A stretch of 63,988 nt of DNA, the filler included, from Porpidia crustulata (Eukaryota): NCBI GenBank assembly GCA_964255105.1. It is 6 parts of 6 records of this genome, joined end to end, with 100 filler letters (N's around TTAATTAATTAA, not from the genome) between each part and the next. Parts side by side here need not be neighbours in the genome. Positions count along the whole stretch, not along the records: positions 21,729 to 32,482 come from CAXUWE010000732.1; positions 32,583 to 43,321 come from CAXUWE010000733.1; 4 more parts are not named here. The stretch is one strand, 5' to 3'. A program made the translations under genes and the position numbers. Of the stretch, positions 24,423 to 37,947 are shown piece by piece. Every line of letters begins with the position of its first letter. Positions within the stretch are counted from its first letter, which is position 1. The notes beneath the pieces were generated by a model. It saw only the letters and a list, made by a program, of their open reading frames with translations, ran no database searches and had not been told where the DNA came from.

Positions 24423-27311
24423 GGAAGTGATATAGCCATCCAGGCTTCATGTATAGTGAGCGACATGGGAATGAAACGGTGGTTTTGAGCATCACCATTG
24501 GGAGTATCAACGATAAACACGAAATTACGATCCCAAGCTTTGCGATGCCATGGGTGTCTAACGGTTAAGTCATATTTACACCCTAACGCTGGATGAATAA
24601 ATATCCATCTTCCAAAATCCCCTATCGATGGGTACATCTTAAATTTATGGGTCAAACGCTCAACAGATGAAGGGCTCCTCACGTACCTTGTGATCCTAAC
24701 AGAGAAATTATGACTACTTCCAACGTCAATGTTCAACTCGTTACGATGCCCGATTATAAAATAAATATTAGTTATTACAATGAAACGCTCATTTTCATGA
24801 GCGGAACAGATTTCTACGATTTGATTGTGACTAGTCACTTCCCATGGATGAGGTATCCATTCCAGAAATCCGTGGAAGATTTCCACTGCTAGGATGCAAC
24901 ACATAAGACATGGTAGCAGACCAGCGCCTATGATCTTGAACGATCGTGACGGTCGCACAAGTAGTCTCTCGCCCGGCAATCGTGAACTTTGTCTCATGGA
25001 TCTACAACGTCTACGGGGGATTGACTCTGCCACCGCGAGCTGACTGTCACCCTGAGCGGCCCACCATATGCTGGTTGATGGCGCATTTGCCTTGACGATA
25101 TTTCGAATGGGTATGCTTAATATAGAAGTTGTCGATGAAGTTGGGGAATAGCACAGAGAAGCTGAGCGATTCGTCTGAATACACCACATGCGTGCCTGCC
25201 TTTCCACAATAAAAAGCAGGCTGAGATAGGTAAGGTGGTTGAGAGAAAGGTGTGCGACTCCCGCTGCCGGTGTGGTGATGCGTGTAAACATGATGACAGA
25301 GATGAAGGCTGTGCACTGGATACTCGAGGGAGATAGGTAGATAAGTAAGGTAAAGTAGGGCGAAGATTAGTACTATTAATGAATATTATTGTGCCTGCAT
25401 AAACACTTCATGCAGATATGCACGAGTATCACGAGGCGGAGCATGCGAGGGCCCGGCACGCTTACCTTACCTTAGTGGCAGAAATCGTTATCGACGCATT
25501 CGAGAAGGAGCGCGGTAGACATGCTGCGGCTCGCTAGAAGCTAGAGTAGGGATCGGAGAGGAGGAAGGTCACTCTTTACACGAACGATGGTCAAGTCCAG
25601 TGAGCCATGGCAACAGTTGCACGATTGAGGGCCAAGAGATCACCTTCGAGATCTGACTTGGGACGTCTATGATATGATCAATTGTGGCTATAGTAGAGCT
25701 CATAGCTATACCACTTCCACAATACCCTTTGGTTCTACGGCATTTGATCGGACCTCTATGTACCTGATTATCATGTGCTACCCTACCTAGTGTTAGGAGA
25801 AAGGCATTGAGATAGTATCTAGCGTCGACGAGCTGACACATGACAATGCATCTGCTGCAGCCTCAAACATGAAACGCATTGGAGAATTCTCACCCAATAC
25901 GAATCTTTCTCTTCTTATCTCCAATCGGAATGATTCAGCGCTTCCGAAAGAGAGGGAGGGAGGGAGGAGTGGTGAGGGGTGTGCATGATGGAACATCCTC
26001 AAGTCTTCCACGCTTCAGAGGTTCTATACCGGACTACATGAATGGGTTGAATTATACTACACCAGTCTAGCCACCCATGGTGGAAACATCACTGCTGTGG
26101 CACGGTTGTCATGAAACATAACAAATCTTGTTGTATTTGTTACGCTTCTGGTGTATTCGGATACCTTAGCTTATGATGTTCTCCGAGCCCGGACGCTCTG
26201 GTCGAATCACCATGAAATTTAGCGCAATGGTCTTTTCTCCAGACGCGTTAGCATTCAGACGGGATCTCGAGAGTCGGTACCTGTTCCTAGGTAGTGTTAT
26301 TGCTGCTCACTGAACGAGCGAGTGTTTCGACACTGCACTCGATTCAACCGTAATTTGGCCAGAAAGAAGCATCATCTTCCGCTACAAGGTTTGGGAACAC
26401 AACAATGTCGAAACCTTGAAATCTAATACAACGTCCGTAATTTTGGTTTCTACCTGTCCACGCGATCTGTCCCTGAAGCTATAATGTACGACAGAAGGCT
26501 TGTACGACTTGTACGAAGCACAAGTACTGGACTACTGGGTTGAACTTCTCTACCCCGCTAAATAATACTTACGGTTTTGCAACTGCTAGTGTAAGAGGAA
26601 TCTATTTTCAGACATGCCACCAAACTGCACTCTGTTAGGACTAGACTGGATTAGATTAGGAATAGCGAATAGCCCTGTCTCGAGAGCCGCTTGTACTCCT
26701 CCCTCGAAGCGCCCGGGATTTATGCAGGTCCCGCAACTCCAAATTTACTCCACGAACCCATCACCAGACTTGTCGGCCTATGGATCATGACTGATGGGCC
26801 TGGCTATGGGTCAGTCGTGTAAGCCAAGCCGTTTTCTCCTTCCCTTCTTCTCAACGAAGGTGGTCAGGCAAAAGGAGCCACGTTTCAGCCTTATGGTTTC
26901 TAAAGAAAGCTTCCTAACCACTGCACTAACCTCCAGATCTCAAGAATTGGCGTCAAGCTCGATACCTTGGGGACCGTTTAGCAGGCCCGCATGCTGCAAC
27001 GATTTATAAGTATACTGCACTGCCTCTCTACGTGAACACTCTCCAACCTCTAGCGACGGTGAATTCTTGCAAGCATTTGTAGGATTCTCCTACTCTCCTG
27101 CTGCTTCTCTCCTTCCAGCTCTCAAGTCATTCGTTACTTGTCCGGTCGAGCACATTGTACCTGCATTTACTCTTTAATCCTATTATAAAACTTGAGGACC
27201 CCCAGGAATTCTTGTCGATCTCTTTCCTTCTACGTGCATATCAACTTTCTTTGACTTCCTCACCTCTTGGCGAGGACCTTTAATTTCTTCACATTATCAA
27301 TCAAACATAAG

Positions 27312-28198
27312 ATGCCAAAAGCCCCCCGAACTTCTATCAAACCTGAAACTCAATACCAAATGCCCTATCCACCTCCAGTGGCGACGACGCCAGTGGCGCA
27401 GACATCAGCTGCAGACTCCCTACCCACTCCAGCTTCTGGTAAGCGTCAGGAGGTCGCTTCTGGTGAGCGCCACGAGGTCAAGCCTTGGACACCTGACGAC
27501 GATGCAATTTTACTACATGCACGCCAACAAGCGATAAATTGGAACACAATAGCCCAACGTTATTTTCCCACCAAGACTTCCAATGCATGCCGAAAACGCC
27601 ACGAACGACTTATAGCGAAGAACGATTCATCGAGCGAGTGGGATAATGCCAAACTCGAGAACCTTGCTCAATCTTACCTAAGACTCCGCGAACACATGTG
27701 GAATATCTTGGCCAGAGAGCTAGGCGAGAAATGGGAGACGGTAGAGAAAAAGGTAATCAACCTGCACTAAGACCGATCAGTAGGGAATCGAGTCATTAAT
27801 AAGTGCATCGATAGGTCCTGGAAAAGGGTCTCAAAAACCTGCGGAGTTACGGCCGAACTCGGAAAACCAGGATCAGCAACACAGGTAGTAATGACGACAG
27901 CGGTCTCGGCCGTGACGTGAATCCCAGTGACGAGCTTGCAAGTCGAGAGCACCAGAGTCATTATTCCAGAGGTGCTTCACACGATCACCACGTATATCCC
28001 CCCCGCAGGGTCTCTGCCGCTCCTTCCACGCACTCGGCAGGCTTCTCATCGGGACCGCTATCATCGGCTCCGTCGCATGGAACACCCAGCAGACCTCCTT
28101 CAACGGGCTTCATGAACACTGCGCAGCCGCCCCACCGAATCTCCCCGGAAACCCTACCCGGTATTCACACCATATTTGGCGAAAACCCAGGGTATTGA
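27312..28198 (+). CDS. Myb/SANT-like DNA-binding protein (intron 27753-27814)
   Basis: KPWTPDDDAILL..INWNTIAQRYFPTKTSNACRKRHERL, then EWDNAKLENLA..MWNILARELGEKWETVEKK|VLEKGLKNL and a low-complexity tail. TATA-like tattataaaa at 27181. Confidence 0.88.
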
Positions 28199-28544
28199 GG
28201 GGTAATTTTCTCGCAGCATCTGCTCTGCCCCACCACTTGCGGATGCCGCGATGTATCAGTACGATTTGAAATTCTGCGCGAATACAGTCTAGCCTATCTT
28301 CAAGCGAGTTTTAAGCGAATCACGGCGGTGAACGGGAAGCTTTTTTGGGTTTGACGACGTTATGTGGGGATTTTCTTTGAATCGTCCTGTATTACTAGGT
28401 GTACGATACATATTTCTCTTCGGTAGAGGGGATTTTTGGAAGGGCTGAAAATTTTCTTTTTTTCTATTAATATCGTGGGCGCACTGCTGAGCAAACCTGA
28501 AGCGTTTAGCGTGCATGCGTTTACAAGGTATATTGGCTTTCTGG

Positions 28545-30065
28545 TTATCGCTTTCTCCAACCGTCAAGCCCCAATATTCCTCCATCGCTTGCAGCAGGGT
28601 CGAGCGACCAACTGCGAATCGCTCCGAAGCTAAGTTCACTTTCCCAGCCGGACTCGAACATTTCGATCCCCGTCCAAGCGATCATGGCAGCGTTATCTGT
28701 ACATAAAGAAGGCGGCGGGAATACCATTTTCACATGCTTGAAGCCTCTGACGTCGAGGAAGGAGCGTAGGCTGGGGAGAGGTTAACGGAGGGACGTTGGT
28801 AGATGATTATCAAGAGCAAAGCTTACATAGCTTTCAGATACCCATTCGCTGCAACTCCACCACTAAGAACAAGAGTATTCGTATCATTTGCATCATCGAT
28901 ACCTGCAGTCCCCTGGGTCCCCCGCTCCTCCAAAGCCATCACCACTCTTGACGATAAGTGCTCAAATGCGACCTTCATCCCATGCCTTCCCAAATCTTTT
29001 CGCTCCTGCTCCTCCATCTTTTCCCCCTTCTTCTCACAGATCTTCGACACTACGCCTCCTAGGCCAGCAAAACTAAACTTCATTTTCGAAGTCGACCCCG
29101 CCCTGACCTTCGAACCGGACCGGGACTCCACCAATGGCGGGGAAAGTCCCCAGCCCCAGCTTGTAACGTCGCGCGAGAAGGATCGCGCCGGCGCGGTATA
29201 TTCGTAATCATCAGAACCGCATGGGAAAACGTATTGCTCCAAAAGTCGCCCGTACATGATTTCCCCGGACTCTTTGAGAAGGCTGGCGGGAAGGATATGC
29301 CTTGCGCATTTATCAATGTAATCACCGATCGCAACGTCTATTGTCGAGGTAAGTATCGCGTGATTGGTTAGATCCTTGGAATGAAGAAGTAATGTGTGCC
29401 CTCCGGAGACGAGTAAGGAGAGAAATGGGAATTCGCACTTCTGGAAGAGATCAGGCGCTGCTTCCAAAGCTGTGACAAGTCGGGGCGTCAGGGCATGGGC
29501 TTGCATGTGGTGTACCCCAAGCAGGGGTATTGACCAGGCGATGGCAAGGCCTTTGGCGGTGTCGATGCCTGTGGATAGGCTGGAGTACATACCAGGCCCT
29601 CGCGTAACAGTGATGAAGTCGGGCTTCCTCTTCAAATGTTGTTCACCATCTTTTGAGCGGACTGCGACTTGCCCTGCAATTCCCCCAAGCGCTCCATCTA
29701 GGTTTGGCAAGCATTGTAGAGCTTCGTGAACCAGATTTGCGAGGTTGGTTTGATGGGACCTAAGAGCTACCAAGGGATGAATGCCACCGAAGTCGATGTT
29801 ATCAGCCGTAACCTTTTTGTTGAAGTGGAGCGTTGCGCTGGGCTTCCTAGATACGCCGTGCTTCTCGAGGATAGCAACGGAGGTATCATCGCTGCCTTAT
29901 CGGTCAGTCCCCTCGGAGCCATACCTCTATCGATGCTGTCGCATACCATGAAGTCTCGATCGCAAGGGTCAAAAGTGCTCGAGAATTTGTGCTGGGAAGG
30001 CGTAAACGGACGGACAGTGTTCCTGCACTAGAGAGGTTCCTCCATGGGGACCTCAGCATCAGCAT
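28545..30065 (-). CDS. QRI7: Mitochondrial tRNA N6-threonylcarbamoyltransferase (Kae1/TsaD/Qri7 family; exons 30065-29947, 29891-28827, 28770-28545)
   Basis: Arg/Ser-rich presequence followed by LAIETSC|DDTSVA, VTRGPG, HHMQAHALT, LLVSGGHT, LVLSGGVAAN and CTDNAAMIAW. Confidence 0.93.
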
Positions 30066-30496
30066 CTGCAGAAGACGGTTGACATAGTGCTTTCAACCAG
30101 GGTTGAGGGTAGAATCTCGGCTGTCGGCGAAAATCGTGCCGTGCTTGTCGATCATCCAGGGACTCAAAAATAAAAGTCCAAACAAGCTCCAGTTTCTTGC
30201 AGGGCGTGCTCTGCAACGCTGCTCTGCTGGACCGTGTCACATTCGGCGTTTGCCAATTTCAGAATAGTGGCCTACACAAGCTGTCCTTGATGCTCTATCA
30301 CCCTCCTCTAAGAAAAGAATATAGGGACGACCACCGCTCACTGTGGTGATCCAGACCCCCTGCAGCGAAAGCTGTAGCGCCCCAATCAGAAATCAACAAA
30401 AATAAAACTTCGATAACGATATGCAACAGTGACTGCTGAGATCACAAGGTTAGGAGGCAAGCTTGAAGTTGAGCTCGGAAGCTCACCGAGAGGAGC

Positions 30497-32482
30497 ATGG
30501 CGACAGTGACTGAGGCGATTAAGGAGACGCTGGTGGGCACAATTAGGGAGCCGGAGCTCTCATCACAAACAAAAGCAACGTTCGACCGCAATGCTAGGCA
30601 GGATAGGGAAGATGAGGAGCTGTATATGACCGAGGCAGATTTTGTGAATGCAATCGCTCCAGAGACGGAGGACTATGTAAGATTTTGGAACTCCCATGCG
30701 ATTGACGAGTTGATTAAGAGGATATTGCTCACCAGAGTTCATGGCAAGTGATTGCTAATGGTTTTCTCTGATAGCATAAAATTAGGAGAGAACAATACGC
30801 GATCCTCTTCCAAATCGCCGACCGAAGAAAGACCGGACGAATTACGATTAGAGACTGGGCGATATTTGACAATCTCCTGGCGAAACCAGATGCAGAATAC
30901 GAGATTGCTTTCCGCCTGTTCGACGAAGAGGGTACGGGCAGTATCAAGTACGATGATTTTCAAAAGTTATATAATATTAATAAGGGTCCCGACACCATAC
31001 CTTTTGACTGGAATTGCGAATGGGCGTCTCTATACAACGGAGGAAAGAAACACCGCCATGACCTCACATACCCGCAGTTCTCTCAGATGCTTCGTGGTCT
31101 GCAAGGAGAGAGGATTCGGCAGGCGTTCCACATCTTCGACAAGGATAAAGATGGATACATAGAGCCGGAGGACTTTCAACGCATTATCCTTGAAACCGCC
31201 AGGCATAAGCTATCAGATCATTTACTCGAGAACTTGCCGACTCTTTGTAACATTGGGACCGGAAGTAAGATCTCTTATGCGAATGTTCGGGCTTTCCAGA
31301 ATGTCATTCGGGAAATGGACTTGGTAGATCTCATCATTCGTAATGCCACGCAGAAGAGTGAAGATGGGAAGATTACACGGACGGATTTCCTCAATGAAGC
31401 AGCAAGCATCACAAGATTCTCTCTCTTCACCCCGATGGAAGCCGACATCCTCTTTCATTTTGCTGGACTCGATGCACCATCAGGTCGGTTATCTTTGGGC
31501 GATTTTGCCAAAGTTGTCGACGCATCATACCAGAGCGCATTCACTCTTGGTTCTGAGGCAGCCGGCGCAGCTTCAGAAGCCGTTGGTAAAGGCGTTTCAA
31601 CAGCACAACGATATTTGCATAACGTACTAGAATCTGTACATCATTTCGCACTAGGCAGCATAGCTGGTGCCTTCGGTGCATTGGCGGTATATCCCATTGA
31701 TCTTGTCAAGACTAGGATGCAGAATCAGCGGAGTCAGCGAGTTGGAGAGATGCTGTACAAGAACTCCATAGACTGCGCAAGAAAAATCATAAAGAACGAA
31801 GGGTTCAGGGGCCTTTATGCTGGAGTTCTACCCCAATTGATTGGTGTGGCGCCGGAAAAAGCCATCAAGCTCACAGTGAACGATCTTATAAGAGGGCGTT
31901 TCACAGAAAAGGAGACGGGGAAGATCTGGTGGCCTCATGAGATCCTCGCTGGTGCTTCAGCGGGTGGATGTCAAGTGGTGAGCCTTTCCGAAATCTACCC
32001 CTTGAGGAGATACTGATTGTATCCAGGTCTTCACCAACCCTCTCGAAATCGTCAAAATTCGCCTCCAGGTTCAAGGCGAAGTCGCCAAAACCGTTGAAGG
32101 TGTCCCTAGGCGCTCGGCAATGTGGATCGTTAAGAATCTCGGCCTTGTTGGCCTCTACAAAGGCGCTTCAGCCTGCCTCCTCCGCGACGTTCCCTTCTCG
32201 GGAATCTATTTCCCAACCTACAACCACTTGAAGCGCGACTTCTTCGGCGAAGGTCCTAACAAGAAGCTCGGCATTTTCCAGCTACTGACCGCCGGCGCCA
32301 TCGCAGGCATGCCGGCGGCCTACCTCACCACCCCCTGCGACGTCATCAAAACCCGCCTCCAAGTCGAAGCCCGCAAAGGCGAAACAAAGTACACCTCCCT
32401 CCGCCACTGCGCCCGCACCGTCTACGCCGAAGAGGGCCTCCGCGCCTTTTTCAAAGGTGGGCCCGCCCGCGTGCTGCGTTCC
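30497..32482 (+). CDS. AGC1: Ca2+-binding mitochondrial aspartate/glutamate carrier (Aralar/citrin type), 3'-truncated at contig end
   Basis: EF-hands ([14 protein letters not shown]) followed by carrier motifs [22 protein letters not shown] and [11 protein letters not shown]. Introns at about 30677-30774 and 31978-32027. Confidence 0.95.
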
Positions 32483-32582
32483 NNNNNNNNNNNNNNNNNN
32501 NNNNNNNNNNNNNNNNNNNNNNNNNNTTAATTAATTAANNNNNNNNNNNNNNNNNNNNNNNNNNNNNNNNNNNNNNNNNNNN
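32483..32582. other. Artificial contig linker
   Basis: N44-TTAATTAATTAA-N44. Confidence 0.98.
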
Positions 32583-33760
32583 GGGTTGGAGGCTGTAGAT
32601 TGCCACGAAGGCGAGGTTGGGGAGCAGGATGCTGAGGGCTCGGGGTCGAAGGGTGGAGTTGGCGAGGGTTAGGGGGATGCAGAGGAGGCAGTTCAGGGGG
32701 TTGAAGAGCAAGCGCGGTAAGGCGGAGGTGAAGTAGAAGTGCCAGGGGGATTCACCCCAGGCTGAGGATTGGCCGTTGAGGATGTTGAAGATGAAACCGG
32801 AGAGTTCGGGCCATAGGGGCCGTTGCCAGAAGTAGGAGTCTATAGGCACGGTGAGGGTGAGGCCGATAGAGAAGCCGAGAAGACCAGACGGCACGATGTC
32901 GCGAGTCAGGTAAAGACCGCGTTCTCGGACGAGAAGGTAAAGGGTATGCGTAGCGAGAAGGAGAGCGATTTCTGAGCGGAAAATCACACCGACGATGGTG
33001 AGAGTTACCAGGGCTTGCTTGTAGCGATTTTGATCTTGGTCCTTTGCCTGAGAGATTACAGAGTAAGGCAGGAGATCACAAAGGCCCAGCGTAGCTTTGA
33101 CGAGTTAATATATCTATGAACAAACAGGGAAGACGGTATAGACATACTCAGCCCAAAAGCGAAAAAGTTAGGCAACGGCCGCGAAGCATAGTACATTATA
33201 TGGAATTGACTGGCCTGGAGAACGATAAACCAATTTGCAGCATTTTGGCCAAAGGTTCTGGCAACGCCGTTCCGAAACACCAGAATGCAAAAGGCATTGA
33301 ACAGGCCCAGAATAGCTCTGACTGCAGTCTCCACCATTAGCGTCGTGTCTTGGGAACCTCCTGGTCTAGATCTTTCTGCAAAGTACAGCCGGGAAACCAC
33401 GCTCACCCAAAATCTGCCGGTTAAAGCCGGTCACAAAGCTGGACAATGGCCATGAAGCCAAGGCCAAAGCCAAGGGGCCCACGAAAGTCCTTGGGACAGC
33501 GCCCGAGAACTCGAGATGGTCATATTGTTCCCGCAACTTCAATCGAATGTCTTGATATGGGAGTCCATACGTCAAGATATCGTGAGTTGCTTGGATATTG
33601 AATGATTCTTCAACTTTTGTATATGGAGCAAGGTATAGATGAAAGAGGACGAGGAAGGGGATCGGAGCGAAGAGGAGGATATCTACATCGAACTTAGCAT
33701 TGATCACTGTCCGAGAAGCTCGATTTAACCTCAGAAATACACACCTGCGAGACGCCGCAT
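32583..33760 (-). CDS. ALG12: Dol-P-Man alpha-1,6-mannosyltransferase (GT22), 3'-truncated
   Basis: MRRLA|DILLF..., [76 protein letters not shown]. Several introns. Confidence 0.93.
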
Positions 33761-33929
33761 GTTGGCGGGTCTTCCAATTTAATGAAAACATAGTGTTGAG
33801 ATGAAGCCGATGCATCAAATCTGGGGAACGACATGATGCCGCTAGTACGCCCTACAAGGCGAGAGCTTTGAAAGTACACGCGAGCCATACCACCTTCCCA
33901 CTTTTCCCCCAGCGCCCAACCCACATAAA

Positions 33930-34464
33930 ATGATGCTCTTCGGTCTTGGCAATTTATTCTACGGTATGCAAAATTCCGCCGTCTCAATTCTCCATGCACG
34001 CTGACTCCGCCAGTCTCGATCCTCCTCGTAAACGCCGTCGCCATTCTCTCCGAAGACCGGTTCCTCGCGCGCAGTACGTTTCCCCTTTGCTTTCCCAAGA
34101 ACTTATCCAACTCGGAAGATCGTGGGGATACGCAGGGAGAGACTGCCTGAAGTATGGGGCTTGTTCGCTGAAGTTGGCTAATGCAAATTGGTCGTGTAGT
34201 CGGATGGGGCAATACTCCTATCGAACCCTCGTTTGGCGGCGGAAGTAATGATGCGGCGAGCGTGAAGGGGAAAATTGTGAATCTGATATCGAGCGTGCGG
34301 ACGTTGATGAGAAGTAAGTCATGTTTGTCCTCCGGGTTCCTGTGGGCAAGAGGGAAGTTGGTAGGGTTTGGGTGGAGAATTGATGGCTGACGGGCTGCGG
34401 ATATTTAGTACCATTGATTGTGATCAATACGCTGGTTATTATCTACGAGCTTGTGCTGGGCTGA
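33930..34464 (+). CDS. YOS1: Yos1-like ER-Golgi transport membrane protein (exons 33930-33963, 34014-34073, 34200-34313, 34409-34464)
   Basis: Spliced product MMLFGLGNLFYVSILLVNAVAILSEDRFLARIGWGNTPIEPSFGGGSNDAASVKGKIVNLISSVRTLMRIPLIVINTLVIIYELVLG has the Yos1/IER3IP1 signature. All three introns are GT-AG. It does not appear as one ORF in the track. Confidence 0.95.
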
Positions 34465-34968
34465 AATTGGGATGGACTGGAAGAAGCTGAGGATTTGTGG
34501 TGGGAAAAATGCATAGCACAGGTGTACGGCGTTGCAAATGGGTCTGCGGATATGAAGCGCAATACCCACGTTATGATGTCTCACATATATAGAGGTGATA
34601 TACTACAGAATTACTAGCTAGCTAGTAAGGGTGTGCTGGCTAAAGTCGTTATTCACAGTTCCAGATGTGAACAGTTGTCTCTGAGTATGTGATTCGACTA
34701 AATACTGAAGCCTGGAATGTAGGATTGATCCATAGACTTTAGCCCCAGCTATTGTCGCCGTATCTAAACCGTCCAGGATGCTTCGTTGTTTGTTGCCCGC
34801 AGTCGCCAAGATCAAGCCAAATCAGCACATCCATGATGTTAAATCTTATGCAAAACGCCACCCATGATGGTATCGTAAGTAGATGCATCTATCCAAACCG
34901 TACCCTGTATATTCGATGAACATGGACATTACCTCCCTGCAGCGGTGCCTTCTAGACCCGCTCTAATA

Positions 34969-37435
34969 TTACAACATCATGCTCGACGTTTTCTTTCGTA
35001 GACTGCTGAATCGGCTTTTTGATTTTTCCGCCTTCTCTGGCGGCTGAGGAAGGCCCTTTTCCAGTGGATGCGGAACGGATGTAGAAGCTTCGTCTCCATT
35101 GACTGCAGTCTCATCCGATGACTTGGAATCTTTGGTATTCCAAAATTTTGGTCTCCGGCTGATACTTTTGCTACTTGGCTTGAACCTACTCAGGGTTGAA
35201 GCCCCCGAGTTCACGCCAAGTCCATTCGTCGCGGCGTCAAAGACAACTTTCGGCTCGTCAAAAGATCTTGAGGCTTTACTGGCTTCCATTGCGGATTTCA
35301 AGTCTGCTGTTTCCCTCTTCTCATTCTCTTTTTTCTGAGCCTCCAGATTCTTGACTCTTAGCCTGTCGGCTTTTTCTCGTTCTTTCTCTGCCACTTTCCG
35401 CTCCTTTTCTTCCTTGGCACGTTGCTTCTTGGTTTGTGAATCGGGTCTTGTGGGAGTCGTAATAGGCGGTAGAGCTGTCAAGGGAGTTGGGGCAGCAGAG
35501 ATTGGAGCAGATTCTGGTAAAGGAGGTACTCTGACCGGTGGTTCCGTAGCGGATTTGTCAAGACCTTCATAACCATCATCGTCTTCGGGAAGGGGTGAAA
35601 CGGCAGTCCGTACATGCTGTAGACCATTCATGAAGACTCCATTCGTTTTCAGACCTAATCCGATATGTGGCTTTAGAGTTGGGACAATCTGAGCGGCCGC
35701 CGCCAAACCTTCAGCTTCTTGTTCTTTCTTCACTGCTTCAACTGTAGTCTCTTGGTAGAAAAGAACATAGGCACACGCTAATCCTGGTTGATCGCCGAAG
35801 AAATTGCGGACGTAGCTTTTGTCCACTGGTTCAACGTTTTCATCGTCAAAGAGAAGCCAGCCCCGATCTTGCGTCTTGACAATTGCAACATAATGTCCAT
35901 GATAAGGGCCGCCTCCTATATGTACGACCACTGCGTAAAGTTCGTAAAGCCGATCTGGATCCTCGGCGTCGTCCGTAGTATTAAAAAGTCGTAAATGATA
36001 TGGATATACAACACGATGAAAAAGCTTCTGTAATCGCTGAAGGTCTTCCGTGTATTTGAATCTCTTTAAATGCAGGGCTAGAATTTTTGGTAATTTCTTA
36101 ATCTTCATACGTTTTTCGGCCTCCTGCAGTCCCCCACATCGATCGCAATGAAATTTGTTTCTTTCACAAAGCATTTCCTCCTCCGAAAACTTCCGCAGGC
36201 ATGATGTCACCGACGAATGTTCGTCAAGATCCACTGAGAGATCCAGGAACGCTTCATCCCTTTGCGATATGTTCTCACACGTTAAACACTTGGTTTCCGA
36301 CGTCAGTGTTCCTTCGAAGAGATCATGCACCCAACCTGGATTACTTGCTGGTCGTGAAATATCTGTTACGGCAGGTATTGCAGAAGTAAATGCTTTCTCG
36401 AATCCACTATCGGTGGCTGAACCATTCATTTCATGTTCTGCCTCAATCTTCTTCGAATTAGCTTCTACATTGGCTACGACTTCGTTCAAGAGAAGATTCA
36501 GGAATTCGTGAGCATCCTGATGCATGGCGCTCCTAAACATCTCATTCTCCCTCCTCAATACTTCAAGGAATTTCGTCGGCTGGATCACACCCGTCCTCGA
36601 GGGATTTGCGAGTATAGCCTCAAACATATCTTTCATAGCTGTGAACAGCGATTCAGGCATGTTGTACGTATTTGCGTTGTCCAGGTACAGGTTAAGAATT
36701 GGTCCCCGAGCCAAGGCTTGCTTTTTCTTGTAGTCCGGCGCCTCTTTGTCGTCCGGTTTTTGTGGGGGTATTGGTCCACCGGGATTGCGTGCTGAAGGGC
36801 TGGGTGTAGGCGTTTTTGCCCGTGCAGGGGATAATGCATTGTTCTGGCCAGGCGACGGGCTTGCATTTGTAATGAATTTAGGTACTCCATTAGGCTTTGT
36901 ATTGATGGTCTCTATGGGTGTTCTTGAGGGGTAATTGATAACATGTTCCCGGAAAGGCGTCGAGTAGTATAGACATTGTAGTATAGAATTGGCATAACTA
37001 TGGTATTGGTGAGTTCTCCGTTCGATATGGGGGAGCCCAGCCCGCGTACCATGTGTTCCCAAACTGCAGACACAACAGCCGATGTCAGTACATGATGCCC
37101 AGCGACAGCGGACGTCCAAATTACATTTTCAAAACCCCAAAACTTATCGCTTCCGTCATTGCGCAAAGGTCCATAATCTACAAGGTGTCTCTCGAGCGGA
37201 CTGAGAACGGGCGCGTTAGGATCCTTTTTGGTAGAAGGTGATCCAGCCAATGGACTCGAAGATCCCTAGGTTTGGTATCACTGTCAGTACGTAGTGATCA
37301 TAGAAAATGACACTTCGCATGCCCTTTAACATCCCCCTGCATATTGCTTGGAGCACGAAATGCGCTGGCGGAAATTCATATGTCTTAGGTTATACTGACA
37401 GCACCAGAGCGTATCTTTGCAAAGAAAGACGACAT
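34969..37435 (-). CDS. creB: Ubiquitin-specific protease, CreB/Ubp9/Ubp13 (USP12/46-like)
   Basis: Spliced N-terminus [45 protein letters not shown] (Cys box), HQDAHEFL, His box [22 protein letters not shown]. Confidence 0.92.
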
Positions 37436-37947
37436 AACGAAAGAGCGCCGTCACGACGCTGCGCGCCGGGACAGGGGAAGACCCCACTCCACTGCAAGAC
37501 GATCTCCGTCTCAGGCGAAGTCGAAGGCAGCAAACAGCTTGGGGACTTCGACCAGCGAAAGCTTGTGAATGTACCAAATAATCTCGAGTCGCGGGCGAGT
37601 TGAAGTGAAGTCTCGTGGGTCTGCTTCGCAAATTAGCGGGCCTGGTGGAGCGGCGGGTTTATGGCGGGGCTGTTGGAGGCGGATTTCGATTGAGGGCGGG
37701 TGGAATTCGACGCGATTCGCCAGGCAGGTAAATCCTACTTTACTTCTTAGAAGGCCTTAGAAGGTCGTAGTCTTGTAGAGTAATGATCTGCTGAGAAAAC
37801 AGTGAGAGGCGCGGTTATTCTTGCGGCGGGTGCAGGAGGAATACTAACAATATGGCAGAGTGTGGTAGTGGAGTGAACAGTAATGATAATTACTACCGAG
37901 TTTTGGTATTTGCTCGGTGATAATTAGGTTAATGAACACCCGAGGGA

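Noticed and set aside
24419..25291. 290-aa minus-strand ORF
   Set aside because: No recognisable motif and an unprotein-like composition. It lies antisense to the probable 3' UTR of the 24045 gene and is likely a chance ORF.
30677..30774. Possible nested intron or micro-exon in AGC1 intron 1 (internal CTCAC..CAG and GCAAGT)
   Set aside because: The second intron would be only about 30 nt and the 8-nt exon would frameshift. A single intron restores the conserved frame.
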